NCBI GenBank assembly: GCA_976551045.1
Contig: CDPCPM010000180.1
Span: 22,568,001 to 22,632,000 of the forward strand
Origin: Glaucostegus cemiculus
Lineage: Eukaryota
DNA length: 64,000 nt
Reading direction: 5' to 3'
Positions 11,510-24,077 of the stretch are shown one piece after another; the first letter of the stretch is position 1, and each line of letters starts with the position of its first letter. The notes under the pieces were generated by a model. It did no database searches. It was given only the letters and a program-made list of their open reading frames with translations, and had not been told where the DNA came from. The position numbers were made by a program, and so were the translations under genes.

Positions 11510-12420
11510 AAGAACTAAAGATGCAGGAATTCTGAAATAAAAACAGAAAATTTCAGGGTAAAAACTCAGCAGGTGAGGCAGTATCAAATGGAAAGGGAAA
11601 CAGTCAATGTTTCAGGTCTGTGATCCTTCATCAGAACTAGGAAAAAGGCTTCAGTCTTACAATAGGCTTCAGTCGGAGAGAGGAAGGGAAGGGATGAGCT
11701 GAACAAAGGGAATCTGGAGCAGCAATCAATCTGCTGGAGGAACTCAATGGGTCAGGCAGCATCTGTGAGAGGAAATACATTGTTGATATTTTTGGTTGAA
11801 ACCCTGCCTCAGGACTGAGAGTGGAGAGGCAAGATGGCCAGCACAGAGAGGAGAAGGGGAGTGGCAAGGAGAGAACAAAGGGAAGGTTTCTGATTGGATG
11901 AGTCAAAATGACTTAATAGGAGCAGTTACCCACACATAAAGCTTGTTGATCTTATGCTGTTAATGGCAAGGCTGTGGGACCTGACCAGCAAACGGACTAT
12001 CAAGAAGAATAAAAAAAACCCGAACCAACATGATAAACAGAGAACAGAAAACGCTGGAAAAACTCAGCCAGTCAGGTAGCATCTGTGAAAAGAGAAACAG
12101 ATATAAAGTGTTTGGCTTAATAGCTTTCTTTGATGATGTGACTGTACTTTGGGCAAGATTAGCAAATAAATACCTTGGATTATTTGACTTCTCCATTTTG
12201 CCCATTGATTCTAGAAGCGATGGGATGGAGGGTCAGGATGATGCCCACTATGTCATAACCCTGATAATGGGTAGGGTAGAGAGAGGACAGAGGAAGAACC
12301 TTGTCAGCAAAGCAAGTTGCGATTCTGATGAAAGATCATCAGCCTGAAACACTAGCTCTGTTTCTCCACCCACAGATGCTGTATATTTCCTAAATTCTCT
12401 GATTTTATTTAAATGCAGAA
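11510..12420. mobile_element. Cluster of PLE terminal-repeat remnants with hammerhead-like cores
   Basis: Repeated 'ctggaggaactca..ggtcaggcagcatctgtg' units at ~11560, ~11730 and ~12050. CTGAnG cores at ~11630 (-), ~11810 (-) and ~12325 (+). Confidence 0.6.
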
Positions 12421-12639
12421 TCAGTTTGGATGTGGCTAAGGAACCTCAACCAGCAGAAGGTTCTGGTCAGATTAGCTTTGTAGACCTCTTTATTTTGTGC
12501 AGAGTACGAATCCTAATGCAGTAAGAGTGTTTAATCTGCAACTACACTAGAAAGTCCAAATTCGCAGTGATGATATTAAAAGCATGAATTAATCAAAAAA
12601 TTTCGATATAGCTTTCTACATTGATATGTTAAAGAACCA

Positions 12640-13740
12640 GTCTGAGAAAAGATTGTTTTAGATATTGCTATCCAAAATAAGAGAAACTTTGTTAATAATA
12701 TTGGATCAAATGAGCTCCTGGAGAAGAATGATCATACAGTTGAAAATAATTTATTTTTATCTAAAATTATCTTGGATAAGGAATGGTAAATATTTAGAGA
12801 AGTAGTGCATAACATGCAAATATATTAAATTCAAAAAAATCCGAGGGATAAGTCAATAAAAGTAGATTTTGATAGTGGGAGGCAATTTAAAACCATTGAT
12901 GCAATGAGAGATGGATACACATGAGTGAGGACACTTTCTTGCTCTCTTTGTGGTAAATAACACAACAACACTACACAAATAACAAGGAAACAATGAAAAT
13001 ACTGGCGAAATTAATGGGACAAAAAGCCAACAAATGCCCTGGATCTGATGATATACAACACAGGGTTTTAAAGATATTGGATACCAACCTTTTGATCTTC
13101 CATAATTTTGTGTCTTTTAGAATGGCCTCCAAACAATGGGGAAGGTGGATAATGTAATTTCACCATTTAATAAAGAGAGAAAAAGAAAGAATGGCAATCT
13201 TCTCAATCTGGCATCATCAATGAAGTAAATGATAGAATCTATTACTGGGTCCATGATACCAACCATTAAGAAAATCAGTAGGTTCATCATAAACTTGTGA
13301 ATGTGAATTGTGTTTGACAAATTCTTTAAGAGCTTTTCTGAGCTGCCTGTAACTAACAGGGCGAGTAAGAAATGGTGGTGTTCCTAGATTTTCAAAAAGA
13401 ATTTAATGTGCCATAAAAGAGGCTGTTACGCAAAGTTAGAGAGTTAATTGAAATTGTGTATAATGTATTGTGTGTAATATACTGAATTAAGGATTTGTTA
13501 ACTGACTGTAAACAGAGTCAGAATAGATAGGCAAATTTCAGGTTATAGGTTGTAAAACCAGAATGTTACATCATGCTGGAGCCTTAGGTAGTTAGTTTTC
13601 ATCAATGATTTCAATGAGAGTGTAAAATATATCCATTTAGTGATAATAAAAAGGAGGGTTGGAAAATAACCAGTGAGAGGAGGATGTAAAGAGGTTACAC
13701 AGAGGTAGGCACAGGTTAAGTGAATGAACAAGAAAATGCA
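12640..13740 (+). mobile_element. Old, heavily degraded CR1 ORF2 fragment
   Basis: Near 13000 it translates as LAKLMGQKANKCPGSDDIQHRVLK (KSPGPDG-like). 'ctagattttcaaaaag' (LDFQK) near 13385. Confidence 0.65.
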
Positions 13741-13839
13741 TTCATTAAGTGATTCTTGCTGAACCCAGCCACTGTATGTGGTCCTGCTCCCTTGTGCCAA
13801 GTGTGGAAGCCAATCCCACTGGTCCACTACACCCTGCAA

Positions 13840-14310
13840 TGAGATCTTAAGGAGTGTGTTACAATAGGAAATGAGGTAGAGAGGCAGAGAGCTGTAGGGA
13901 GATCTAAGAGATTGGCAGTTATAGGGAGGGGTGAGACCTGAAGGGACCTGAAAATAAGAGGGAGAATTTTATAATCAAGATCCTGGTTACGGTGCATCAT
14001 CATGGAGCAGCAAATAATGAAATCAGATGAACAGGACTTGTGTGATGTGGGGCTTGGGCAGCAGAATTTTGGGTGAGCCCAGGTTTGGGATGGATGGAAG
14101 GTGGGAGACTGACAGGGAATGCATTTGATTATCCAATAGTAAAGGTAACAAAGGCATGGACAATAACATAACAGTAGATGGGGTGAACAGTAGCATTTCA
14201 TCCTCCAGGCCAAAGCTGCTGGGGTGAACACAGACATTTGGGTGGAAGGTTACGGCAGGTCAAAGATGATCTGGTTATAAATAGCCTGATTCAGAATCAG
14301 CCAGTTGGCG
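13840..14310 (-). mobile_element. L2 LINE RT C-terminal fragment
   Basis: Minus-strand LDYKILPLIFRSLQ and a HAFVT/LDY-like segment, typical of the L2 ORF2 C-terminus. Confidence 0.65.
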
Positions 14311-16968
14311 ACTTGAGGATCTGCCAATCCATTCAATAGTCAGTGAGGTACTGAAGTGTTGATTTTCTACAGTTCTTGCACAGTCAAGTCTCCCATTACG
14401 AGTTGCCTGACATCTCCACCACTGGGGTTTACCTCCTTCCTGACCAGTGGGAAAGCAAACACATCATTATTGAGTTGGGTGAATCTCAACTGAAAACTAA
14501 ATAGATTTTATTGCTGTCTCCAATATTAAATAAATAACAAGTAAAGCTGCTCAAGAAGCGAGAGAAAAACAATAATTTTGTTAGCACTCTTGATATCTCT
14601 CCCTTGGATCATGCTTGTAGTAGTTTACTGTAGATTCAAGGGATTTAATTTTAGAGCCCAGGACTATCACAGAGGATTGGTAGCACAGAATTTCTTCAGC
14701 AGATCAGCCTACAAAGGAATCACTGTTAATAAATCTGGGACACAGAAACTGAAGATCAGTGAGGGGTCAGGTCCCTAGGCTTTCATAAGCTTCAATGCCC
14801 AATTCTTAGAAGGCCATATGCGTCTGAGAAGTCCAACCTAGGAACTTGAAGCAATGGAAGGTCCCCAATTCCTGGAATTCATTTTAACAAAGGATGCTGG
14901 AAGGTTCTGAGATAAATTCCATTGAGTCTGGAAGAGAATATACATCCCAGCATTGAATAAATGGCATCTTTGACAAACAGGAAGTTAGAATGGAACACAG
15001 ACAGTTATTGGACTGTATGGGTTCGACTCCTGCACATATTCTCTCCCGTTCCACTGAGGGAAACCAAGCATAGGAGTCATTAATCTCCTCCCACTAACCT
15101 TATGAACCAGTGCAATAGGTTGTAATAACTTTCTAATCCCAGGGATTGTAACCTCAAATTTCAAGATGAGATATTCTAAACTCTTCCATGTGAAGAATTA
15201 AATATTTCTGGTAAAAGAAGCGAGCATAGAAACATTATATGTTCAAGGTATTGCTCATGATTGTAGTTTATAGATCTTGAACATCAAATGCAGGAACAGG
15301 AAAAGTAGAAGGCAGAGTCATTGTGGATGTTCTCCTTTGAACTCCAATGCAGGGGAAAAAGGGAGAGTGTAATTTCTTTTTGGTGTACCTTTTGGGCTCT
15401 GCTTTGGAGTTGCTTTGGTGGCACCTGCAAAATGCCTCCTTGCTTGCTCTCACTGATGGACAAGTCACAATTTTAGGATAAGTTATTGCCCAAAAACTTA
15501 GATGAAGGTGGGGTGGAAACCCATAGACATCCCATAGAAAAATACTGGAAAGATTAATTAAAGTTGGTCAAATTATTCGGTTTAAACCCTCTCCCCCTAA
15601 TGTCAACAGAAATCTCCCACAGCGCATTATTTTCAAAATTTCTAGGCCGTATATTTTACATTAAAAGAATTTTTTTTCAAAAATGCAGTAGCTGGAAATC
15701 TGAAATAAAATCATAAAACGCTGGAAACTCTCAGTTTCCCAACTTTTCCTTAGCATCTGTGGAAAAGGAAACACAGTTCATGTTTCCTGATATTTCTAGC
15801 ATCTACATTTCAGTAATTTCCAGTGAATAATACCTCTGCACAATGGTTATGCAGTCTTTCAAATGGAAAAGGTAAGGGAGACATTAATGGAAAACATCAC
15901 CTGTAACATAGTGTCTTGAAGCTCAACTCCATATTTCACTCCCTTCTTTTGAGCAAATGCATGGCAGCCACTTGCATTACAAGTATGTAGCCAGTATTCA
16001 AGAGAAGCACAGAATTTTTGTGTTAAACCAGTATTGATAAATTAATTTTTAAACAGCTGTTGTTAGAGCAACATTATGCTAAGATTAAGACTTCCCTTGA
16101 TTTGAAAAGGTCAAGAGTTATATTTTCCCAACTTTTTAAGCAGGTATCATAGACTGATAAATATATTTTATTTTCATCATTGTTGAACACTGATGTTTCA
16201 AGTCCAGAAAAACCATTAAACTTCAATCATTTTACTTACACCTGCACTAAATACCTAATGGAAATACTCATAGAAGTCACAATGGTGCTTAGTCGGATGG
16301 TATATAAATCGTAAGCTCACCTGTTCCTTCCTAAAGTAGCTTTTAACAAACCACTTCATTTTTTGTAACTAAAGTGAATCAAACTGAATGTGGAAAACTG
16401 TCTGGCTCAAGCTAATAATCATCACCGGCACTGCTGAGCCTGTCAGATGAATACTCTTCACTTTTCCCCATGTAACTCAGTTGCCAGGCAACTGTGCTCA
16501 CAGCTGCCATCATTTGCTCAGGTGTCCAAAGGCAAACAAAGCGAGAGAGATCTAAATACACAGCGCATCCACTGACATGTTACACAATCAGTCGATTGAC
16601 TATTAGCCACAGCAAGTGACACTTGCATCTTTTTCTTAATCTATCTCTGAGCATATGCATGCTTTCCCTCACCAACAAGTGCAATAAATCATAAATGTTA
16701 ACCCAGAATTTTTTCCCTAACCATCTGTGAGACACAATGTACACAGTTAATTCATAGCAATTGTAATTTGGTGCATACTTATGAGGTGGGAAAAAGGCCA
16801 TTTATTCAGTTTATCAGCAACAACATCTCGTAATTATCTTGTGACCTTGTTAAAACATACCAAGACTCTTGACAGGAATGTTATAAAATGAAATTTGTCA
16901 CAAAGATAAATTAGGGCAAGTGATCAAAAACTTGAGCAAATAGATAGATTTGAGAAAGCTCCTAAAGG

Positions 16969-17659
16969 TCCATGCTCATAGATCTCTCAAGGTTGCCACG
17001 CAGGTCGATAGGTTTGTTAAGAAGCCGGGTGGAGTGGTGGCCTTCATTGGTTGGGGTATTGAATTTGGGAGCCGCAAGGTTATGTTGCAGCTCTATAGAA
17101 CTCTGGTCGGACCACACTTGGAGTATTGTGTTCAGTTCTGGTCACCTCATGATAGAAAAGATGTGGAAGCTTTGGAGAGGGTGCAGAAAAGATTTACCAG
17201 GATGTTGCCTGGACTGGAGAGCATGTCTTATGAGGATAGGTTGAGTGAGCTAGGGCTTTTCTCTTTGGAGAGAAGAAGAATGAGAGGTGACTTGATAGAG
17301 GTGTACAAGATGATAAGAGGCATAGGTTGAGTGGACAGTCAGAGACTTTTTCCCAGTGCAACAATGGCTAACATGAGGGGACATAATTTTAAAGTGATTG
17401 GAGGAAGGTATAAGGGGGATGTCAGGGATAAGTTTTTTTTACAGAGCAAGTGGTGGGTGCGTGGAACACACTGCCAGCAGAGGTTGTGGGAGCAGATACA
17501 TTAGGGACATTTAAGAGACTCTTAGATAGACACATGAATGATAGAAAAATAGGGGGCAATGTGGGAGGGAAGGGCTAGATAGGTCTTAGAGCAGGATAAA
17601 ATGTCGGCACAACATTGTGGGCCAAAGGGCCTGTACTGTGCTGTAGTGTTCTAAGTTCT
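16969..17659 (+). mobile_element. 5'-truncated CR1 inserted into an old L2 tail
   Basis: LYRTLVGPHLEYCVQFWSPH...LFSLERRRMRGDLIEVYKM plus tail. Direct repeat TAAAGG at 16963-16968 and 17660-17665. L2-like sequence on both sides (16900-16968, 17660-17800). Confidence 0.88.
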
Positions 17660-17959
17660 TAAAGGACAAGGGAGGTAGCTAGGTTTAGGGAGGGAAGCCC
17701 AAACCTAAGGGCCAAGGCAGCTGAAAGAATAGCCACTAATGATGGAGCCATGTCAATTAGGGGCATGTAAGAGAACAGAATCAGAGAGGTGGAGAGATCT
17801 TGGGGAATGGGAACACAACAGTTTACACAGGTAATGTTGGGCAACAATTCTTATTTTATTTCCAATAAATTTGGCTATTTAGTTCCTTTCTGAATCACAG
17901 TACTGGCAATGATCACTCGACATATCTTGTCTGCACTGGTTCTTTATAAGAGCAATCCA

Positions 17960-19120
17960 GCTTGTCCCACACCATCCTCCTCACCCTGCAGTCATGCAAA
18001 TTCATTACCTTTCGATAATTATCTAGCAACATTACCCTTGGCTCTCTAGACTCTAGCCATTACCAGTGTAAACACATTTTTCCTTGTGTCAGTTTTCATT
18101 CTTTTGTCAATCACTAAGAACTGGACACAACATTACTTCAGTTGCTTTATAAAACTTCATCATAATTTATTTGCTCTCGTACTTTGAGCCTGTCTTCATG
18201 AAGTTCAGGATCTTGTATTTTATTTAAACCACTTTCTCAACCTCCCCCTGTCACTTGCAAGAAACTCTGCAGATTTCCCTCTTTTTGTACCTCTTTTAGC
18301 ATTGTGGCTTTACTTTATATTACTTTATATTGCCTTTCCTTGTTCTTTCTATCAAAGCTTATTTCATGTTTCTCTCTGCATTAAATGTGATCTGTCCATT
18401 CAAGATATTCTATCAGCCTGCCCGCATCTCCTTGAGGTCCATTACTATTCATCTCACAGTCCATTCTGCCTTAAATTGTGTGTGCAGGGCACAATTTCTA
18501 CAAGTCATTAATATATATTAAGGAAAGCAATGATGCCAATACCAACTCTTGGGGAACTCCAGCAAACAAATCCTTACTGTCACAAAGCAACCTTTCATGA
18601 CCACTCAGTTTCATGTTACTTGGCCAAGTTTTTATCCATGCCTCTACACTTCTTTTGATTCCATGACCTTCAGTCTTGACAACAGGCCATTTTATCCAAT
18701 GCCTTTTGAAAGTCCATCAACTCTCCTCAGCTGGTTTAAAAACTGAAACATAATTTGACCTAAACAAATCCATGCTGTTTTCTCATATTAATCCAGATTA
18801 ATACTGATTATTGTTTCTCAAATTTACCTGAACTGATTGGTCTGAAGTTATTAGGATCATTGCTACACCCTTCTTTGAACAATCCCCCAGTCCTTAGCAC
18901 CACTCCCTGAATCTACAGATGGCTAGAACCTCCATAATTTCTCCTCTTTTACCTCCCCCAGCAACTTAGGAAGCATCCCATCTGGACCACATAATTTATC
19001 CACTTTAAATGCAGCCAGTTTTTTTTTTAGCCCATCCAGAATATCAACTGTATTTTCCATTGTTGAGATTCCAGTATCATCATCTTCGTAGGTGAAGATA
19101 TTTGGTATTGCAGTCATGCT
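17960..19120 (-). mobile_element. Old degraded CR1 ORF2 fragments
   Basis: Minus-strand FKVDKLCGPDGMLPKLLGEV. 'agaactggacacaa' is the CVQF motif. Confidence 0.6.
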
Positions 19121-19189
19121 CCCAGTCTCTTCTGAGTAGATTTCCTTTTGTTCTCTGATCAGCATTATCTCTTCTCTTGAAAATATAAA

Positions 19190-21900
19190 GCAAAGAACCG
19201 AACTGCGCAACATAGGAACAGGCCCTTCAGCCCACCGTGGCTGTGCCAACCATGATGCCAAATTAATCTAATCACATCCGCCTGCATGTGATAGATGTCT
19301 CTCTATTCTCTGCCTGTTCATGTGTCTGTCCGAATGCCTCTTAAAATGTTGCTATTTTATCTGCATCTACCACCTTCCCTGGCAGTGTGTTTCAGGCACC
19401 TCCCACTATCAGTGCAAAAGCAATTGCCTCACAAATCTCCTTTAAACCTTCCCCCCTCTCACCTTAAACCTATGCCCTCTAGTATTTGAGTTTCACCTTG
19501 GGAAAAAGGACATGGACTCTCTATGCTATTCATGCATCTCAGTTTTGTATGCTTCTATCAGATCACGTCAGTCTCTGATGCTCCAGAGAAAACAGTCCAA
19601 GATTTTTCAACCTCTCCTTCTAGCTAATACTCTCCAATCCAGGCAACATCTTTGTGAACCTCTTCTACAGCCTCTCCAACGTCCCCACATCACTCTTTCA
19701 GTGCGGTAACTAGACCTACACACAAAATGACTTCCTAACTTTTAAACTCAATACCCCAACTGACGAAGGAATGCCTTTACCATCCTATCCTCTTGTGTTA
19801 CCACTTTCAGGGAGCTATAGACTTGCACCCCAAGATCCTCTGTACATCAATGCTCCTAGGGGTCCTGCCATTTACTGTATACTTTCCTCTTATATTTGAC
19901 CTCCCAAAATGCAACACCTCACATTTGCCCAGATTAAACTCCATCTGCCATTTCTCTGCTCAAATTTCCAATTGTTCTATATCCTGCTGTATCCTTTGAG
20001 AACCTTCCTCACTATCCACAACTCCACCAATTTTCATGTCCTCTGCAAACTTACTAATCAGACTATCTAGATCTTCATCTAAATCACTGATATACATTAC
20101 AAATAACAGCAGTCCCAGCAGTAATCTTTGTGAAACCTACTGGTTACAGACATACAGTTAGAGAACTATCCCTCTACCACTACTGTGACCAAGTCAATTT
20201 TGGATTCAATTTACCATCTCACCATGTATCCCATGTGACTTAATCATCTGGATCATCCTACCATGAGGGACCTTGTCAAATACTTTACTGAAGGCCACAT
20301 AGACAACATCCACTACCCTACCCTCTTCAATCATCTACCTCCTCAAAAAAATTAGATTTGAGATATAGGGTATCCCCTGTCCAAAGCCATGCTGATTATC
20401 CATAATAGGCCCGTGCTTTTCCAAACTTGAGTAAATCCTGACTCTAGCAATCTTCTCTAATAATTTCCCTACCACTGATGCAAGGCTTATCATCCAATAA
20501 TTTCCTAGTTTGTCCCTGTTGCCCTTCTTAAATAAAGGAACACCACTGGCTATTCTCCAGTCTTCAGACACTTTAATCATAGCTAAAGAGGATTCGAAGA
20601 TCTCTATCAAAGTCCCAGAAATGTTCTCTCTTGGTTTCCTTGGAATCTTGGTATTCCCATCAGGCCCTGGGGACTTAAACACTTTAATGTTGTCAATACA
20701 CAAAACACTTCCTCCTTCTTAATATTAGTACTGCCTTCCATCTTCCCACCTTCACCTATGTCCTTCCCCTTGGTGAATACTAATGGCAAAGTACTCATTA
20801 AGAACCTCATTCACTTCCTCTGGCTCTATGTATAAATTCCCTCTTGTCCTTGAGTGGACCTACCTTTCCTAATATACATATAAAATGCCTTGTGAGCCCC
20901 TTAATCCTACTTGCCAAGGTCATGTCACAGCCCCATTTAGCCCTCCTAATTTCTTGTTTAAACTGTTTCCTGCTTCTTTTATATTCCTCAAGGACCTTGT
21001 CTGATTTCAGCTTCCTAAACCTTACATTTGCTCCCTTTTACTTTTTGATTAAACTTACAATATCTCTTGTCATTCAAGGTTCCCAAACCTTACCATCTTT
21101 ATCTTTCATCTTCACAGGAACATGCTGATCCTGAATGCTAACCAGCCAGCCTTTAAAAGACTCTCAAATGTCCAATGTGGATTTACCCCCAAACTGCAAC
21201 CCCCAATCTATTTTCTCTAATTCCTGTCCAATACCTTCCCCCAATTTAGCACTTTCACCCAAGAAGCAGTCTTATCCTAAAAATTACAGAGTAATGGTCA
21301 CTGTTCCCAAAATGCTTCTCCAGTTAAACTTTTATCACCTAGCCAGGCTCATTCCTCAATACAAGGTCTAGTATGGCCTATCCCTGGTTGGAGTATCTAC
21401 GTACTGTTACAGAACCCCCCCCCCCGCCGGATGCACAACAAATTTTGCCCCATTCAAGTCCCTGGCACTAAGGTAACCCCAGTCAATATTGTGGAAGCTA
21501 AAATCACTCACTACAGTAACTCTGTTTTTAATATCTGCTTGCATCTCTATTCCTTGAGCTCTTGTCAGCTATTGGGAGGTCTACAGTAGAACCCCATCAT
21601 GGTGATTGCACCTTTCTTATTCCCAAGGTCTAATCATATGGCCTCACTGGATAAGCCCTCCGAGATTCTGTAATGGCTAAAATATCATAATTCTCTGTAC
21701 TAATCCAGGCTCTAAACTCATCTGCCTTGCCAGTTATACTCCCTACATCACCATCATTCAGATCATCATTCCTGTCATGTTCATTATCCTGGCTCTGCCT
21801 GTTTTTGCTATTAAATTAAGTTTAATTAACTTCTATCTTCTCCTCAATCACTCCACCTGCTGACCTACTGCTCTGGTTCCCAAACCCCTGCAATCTGTTT
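19190..21900 (-). mobile_element. Degraded CR1 LINE (tail, RT, endonuclease)
   Basis: KSPGPDG...EDWRIASGVPLFKKGNRDKLGNY...QHGF. CR1 tail at ~19190. The endonuclease start (SITGKADEFRA-like) lies at ~21710-21745. Confidence 0.85.
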
Positions 21901-21949
21901 TCCAGTTCACACGTCTATCTAATAGTTATGATTTTCTTTTATCTTTGCT

Positions 21950-23330
21950 ACCAGGCTTTCATCATGCTTTGTCTTTGCCTTTTCTACTTTCCCTTTGAAC
22001 ATTCTATCATTTGCTTGACTCTCACATGTTCAAAACCTGGCAACTTTGATATGCCTTTCTTCTGCTCTGTTTTTATTCTCTGTGTTTTGATCATGTAGGG
22101 AGCTCTGAGCTTACTTTCCCTACAATATCCATTGTGGGAATTTACTTAGACTGCAGGGGAAATCCCTCCATCTCAAAGGCCTCCCATTATTCGATTACAG
22201 GTTTGTTTGTCAAGCTTTGATTCCATTTAACCAGGCAAGATCTCATGCATTGAAACTGGCCCTTCTTTAGTTGGATTGGTGTATGCATTTTTACCCCATA
22301 CATGTTCTCAGCCTAATGATGTTATGATTGTTATTTTCTGCATGTTCCCTCACTGATAATTGTTCCAGTTGCCTTGGGTCAGTATCCCAGAATCAAATCC
22401 AGCAACACCCTCTTCTTCATGAATCAGAAACATATTGATTAAGAAAGTTCTCTAGAATACATTTCAGAAAATTCTTCCTCTCCTTATTCCTTATAACATT
22501 GATATCCCAGTTGACATTCGTGCAGCTGAAGTCCCCTGTTATCACTACTCTATTGCTTTCACACATCTCTAAGCAAATTTGCTCTTCAATATCCCCGCAA
22601 CTAATTTGTAGCCTGTAGAAGTCCCAGTCATTTGCACCGCAACTGTTTCTTAAAATTCATTCCTGTCTTTTTGATTAAGTAGTCAGGTCTCTGTTCTTAC
22701 CACAATGTCATAATCCCATAGAATTAATTGAACCTGCAGCTCACCAACGTTGTTTAATAAGCTTCTTACATTTAAGTACATGTACTCTAAACCTCTTAGA
22801 TCTTCTTGCATTCTCTTAATTTGATCCTGTCTACAACCTTCACTTCTTGCATCTGGTACTATTTATCACTACCAATCCTGTACTCATCCCCTATCAAGTT
22901 GGTTTAAAACCTTCCCCAAGAGCATCAGTGAACCTGCCCATGTGGACACTGGTCCTGAGCTGTTGACATACTATCGGGCCTGTACAAGTTCCACCTCCCC
23001 CAGAACTTGTCTAAACATCACAGGAATCTCAAATCCTGCCTCCTGCACCATTTCTTCATCCACACATTTCTATGTGCTATCCTCGTATTTCTACACTCAC
23101 TGGTGTATGGCAGGACTAATTCAGAGATTACTTTCTTGACGCTCTAAAATCGGTCTACAGGTCCTTGACCTTTTCCTACTGATGCCATTAATACTGATAT
23201 GGACCCCCACCCTCCAGCTATTCACCTTCCCACCAAAATGTTCTGCAGTTGCTTAGCAATATTCTTAATCCTGGCACCAGGGATGCAATGTATTATCCTG
23301 AAATCATATCTACACCTACAGAAACACATG
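21950..23330 (-). mobile_element. Older CR1 fragment (endonuclease region and ORF1 esterase)
   Basis: ORF1/ORF2 junction 'ggggaaggttttaaac' (minus, ~22902-22917). CIPGAR (CLPGARV-like) near 23270-23288. Confidence 0.6.
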
Positions 23331-23369
23331 CCTGCCTCCGTAATTCCCTCCAAAATAATTGTATCCATA

Positions 23370-23790
23370 ACCAATTTAAAGTAGGAAAAATATGCCATAA
23401 AATGGAACGTATTCTCAGAAGCTCTTTGGAGGCCTGGAATGTTAAAGCCTGAAGATGAAGTCTTTGGGTTGGGTTGGTCTGATCTCTCATCTTAGGTGCC
23501 ATTGTCATGACTGTCCACAAAAAGGAGGATGAGCAACTGTAGTAACTATGGAAGAGCCTTCCTGTCATCTTCCACAGGGAAAGTCATTGCAAGGATCTTC
23601 CTCCCATTGGCTGGAAATCTCATAGCAGAGTCACAATGTTAATTCTGCCCATCAAGAGGAACAAAGGATATGAACTTTACTGCATGATTAAACCAGCAAA
23701 AGTGCAGGGAATGGCATCAACCTTTTCTCTGCAAGGCCATTTTTTGATAAAGATTATGAAGGATCCCCTTCAACATCAGCATTCTCTCCT
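23370..23790 (+). mobile_element. RTE-clade LINE RT fragment, degraded
   Basis: Frameshifted SNCSNY..SSTGKVIARI..AESQC..PSRGTKDMNFT..QQKCRE matches RTE RT motifs (NYRGISLLS, ESQCGFR, QEKCRE). Confidence 0.7.
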
Positions 23791-23980
23791 AAGCTAGCAT
23801 CTAGAGCTCTGGTTTTGCTCAACCAGCTCCAGTGCAAAGGCCATATTGTCCACACACAGGACAGCAGAGTTGTGAATCAAACACTCTACTCCAATTCTGT
23901 TATGGCAAGTGATTTTGAGGACAAACAATGATGTTCTCAAAGACTCTCTGTAAAAGTGTATCAAACTCAACATGAGAATT

Positions 23981-24077
23981 GAAGATGAAAAACACTGGAG
24001 GAACTCAGCAGGCCAGGCAGCATCTGTGGAGGAATGTGTTTTCATCTAGATTCCACATCTGCAGTCCTTTGTTTCTT
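23981..24077. mobile_element. 97-bp PLE-derived mini insertion
   Basis: PLE terminal unit fused to an opposite-orientation end. Perfect 12-bp direct repeat aacatgagaatt at 23969-23980 and 24078-24089. Confidence 0.7.
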
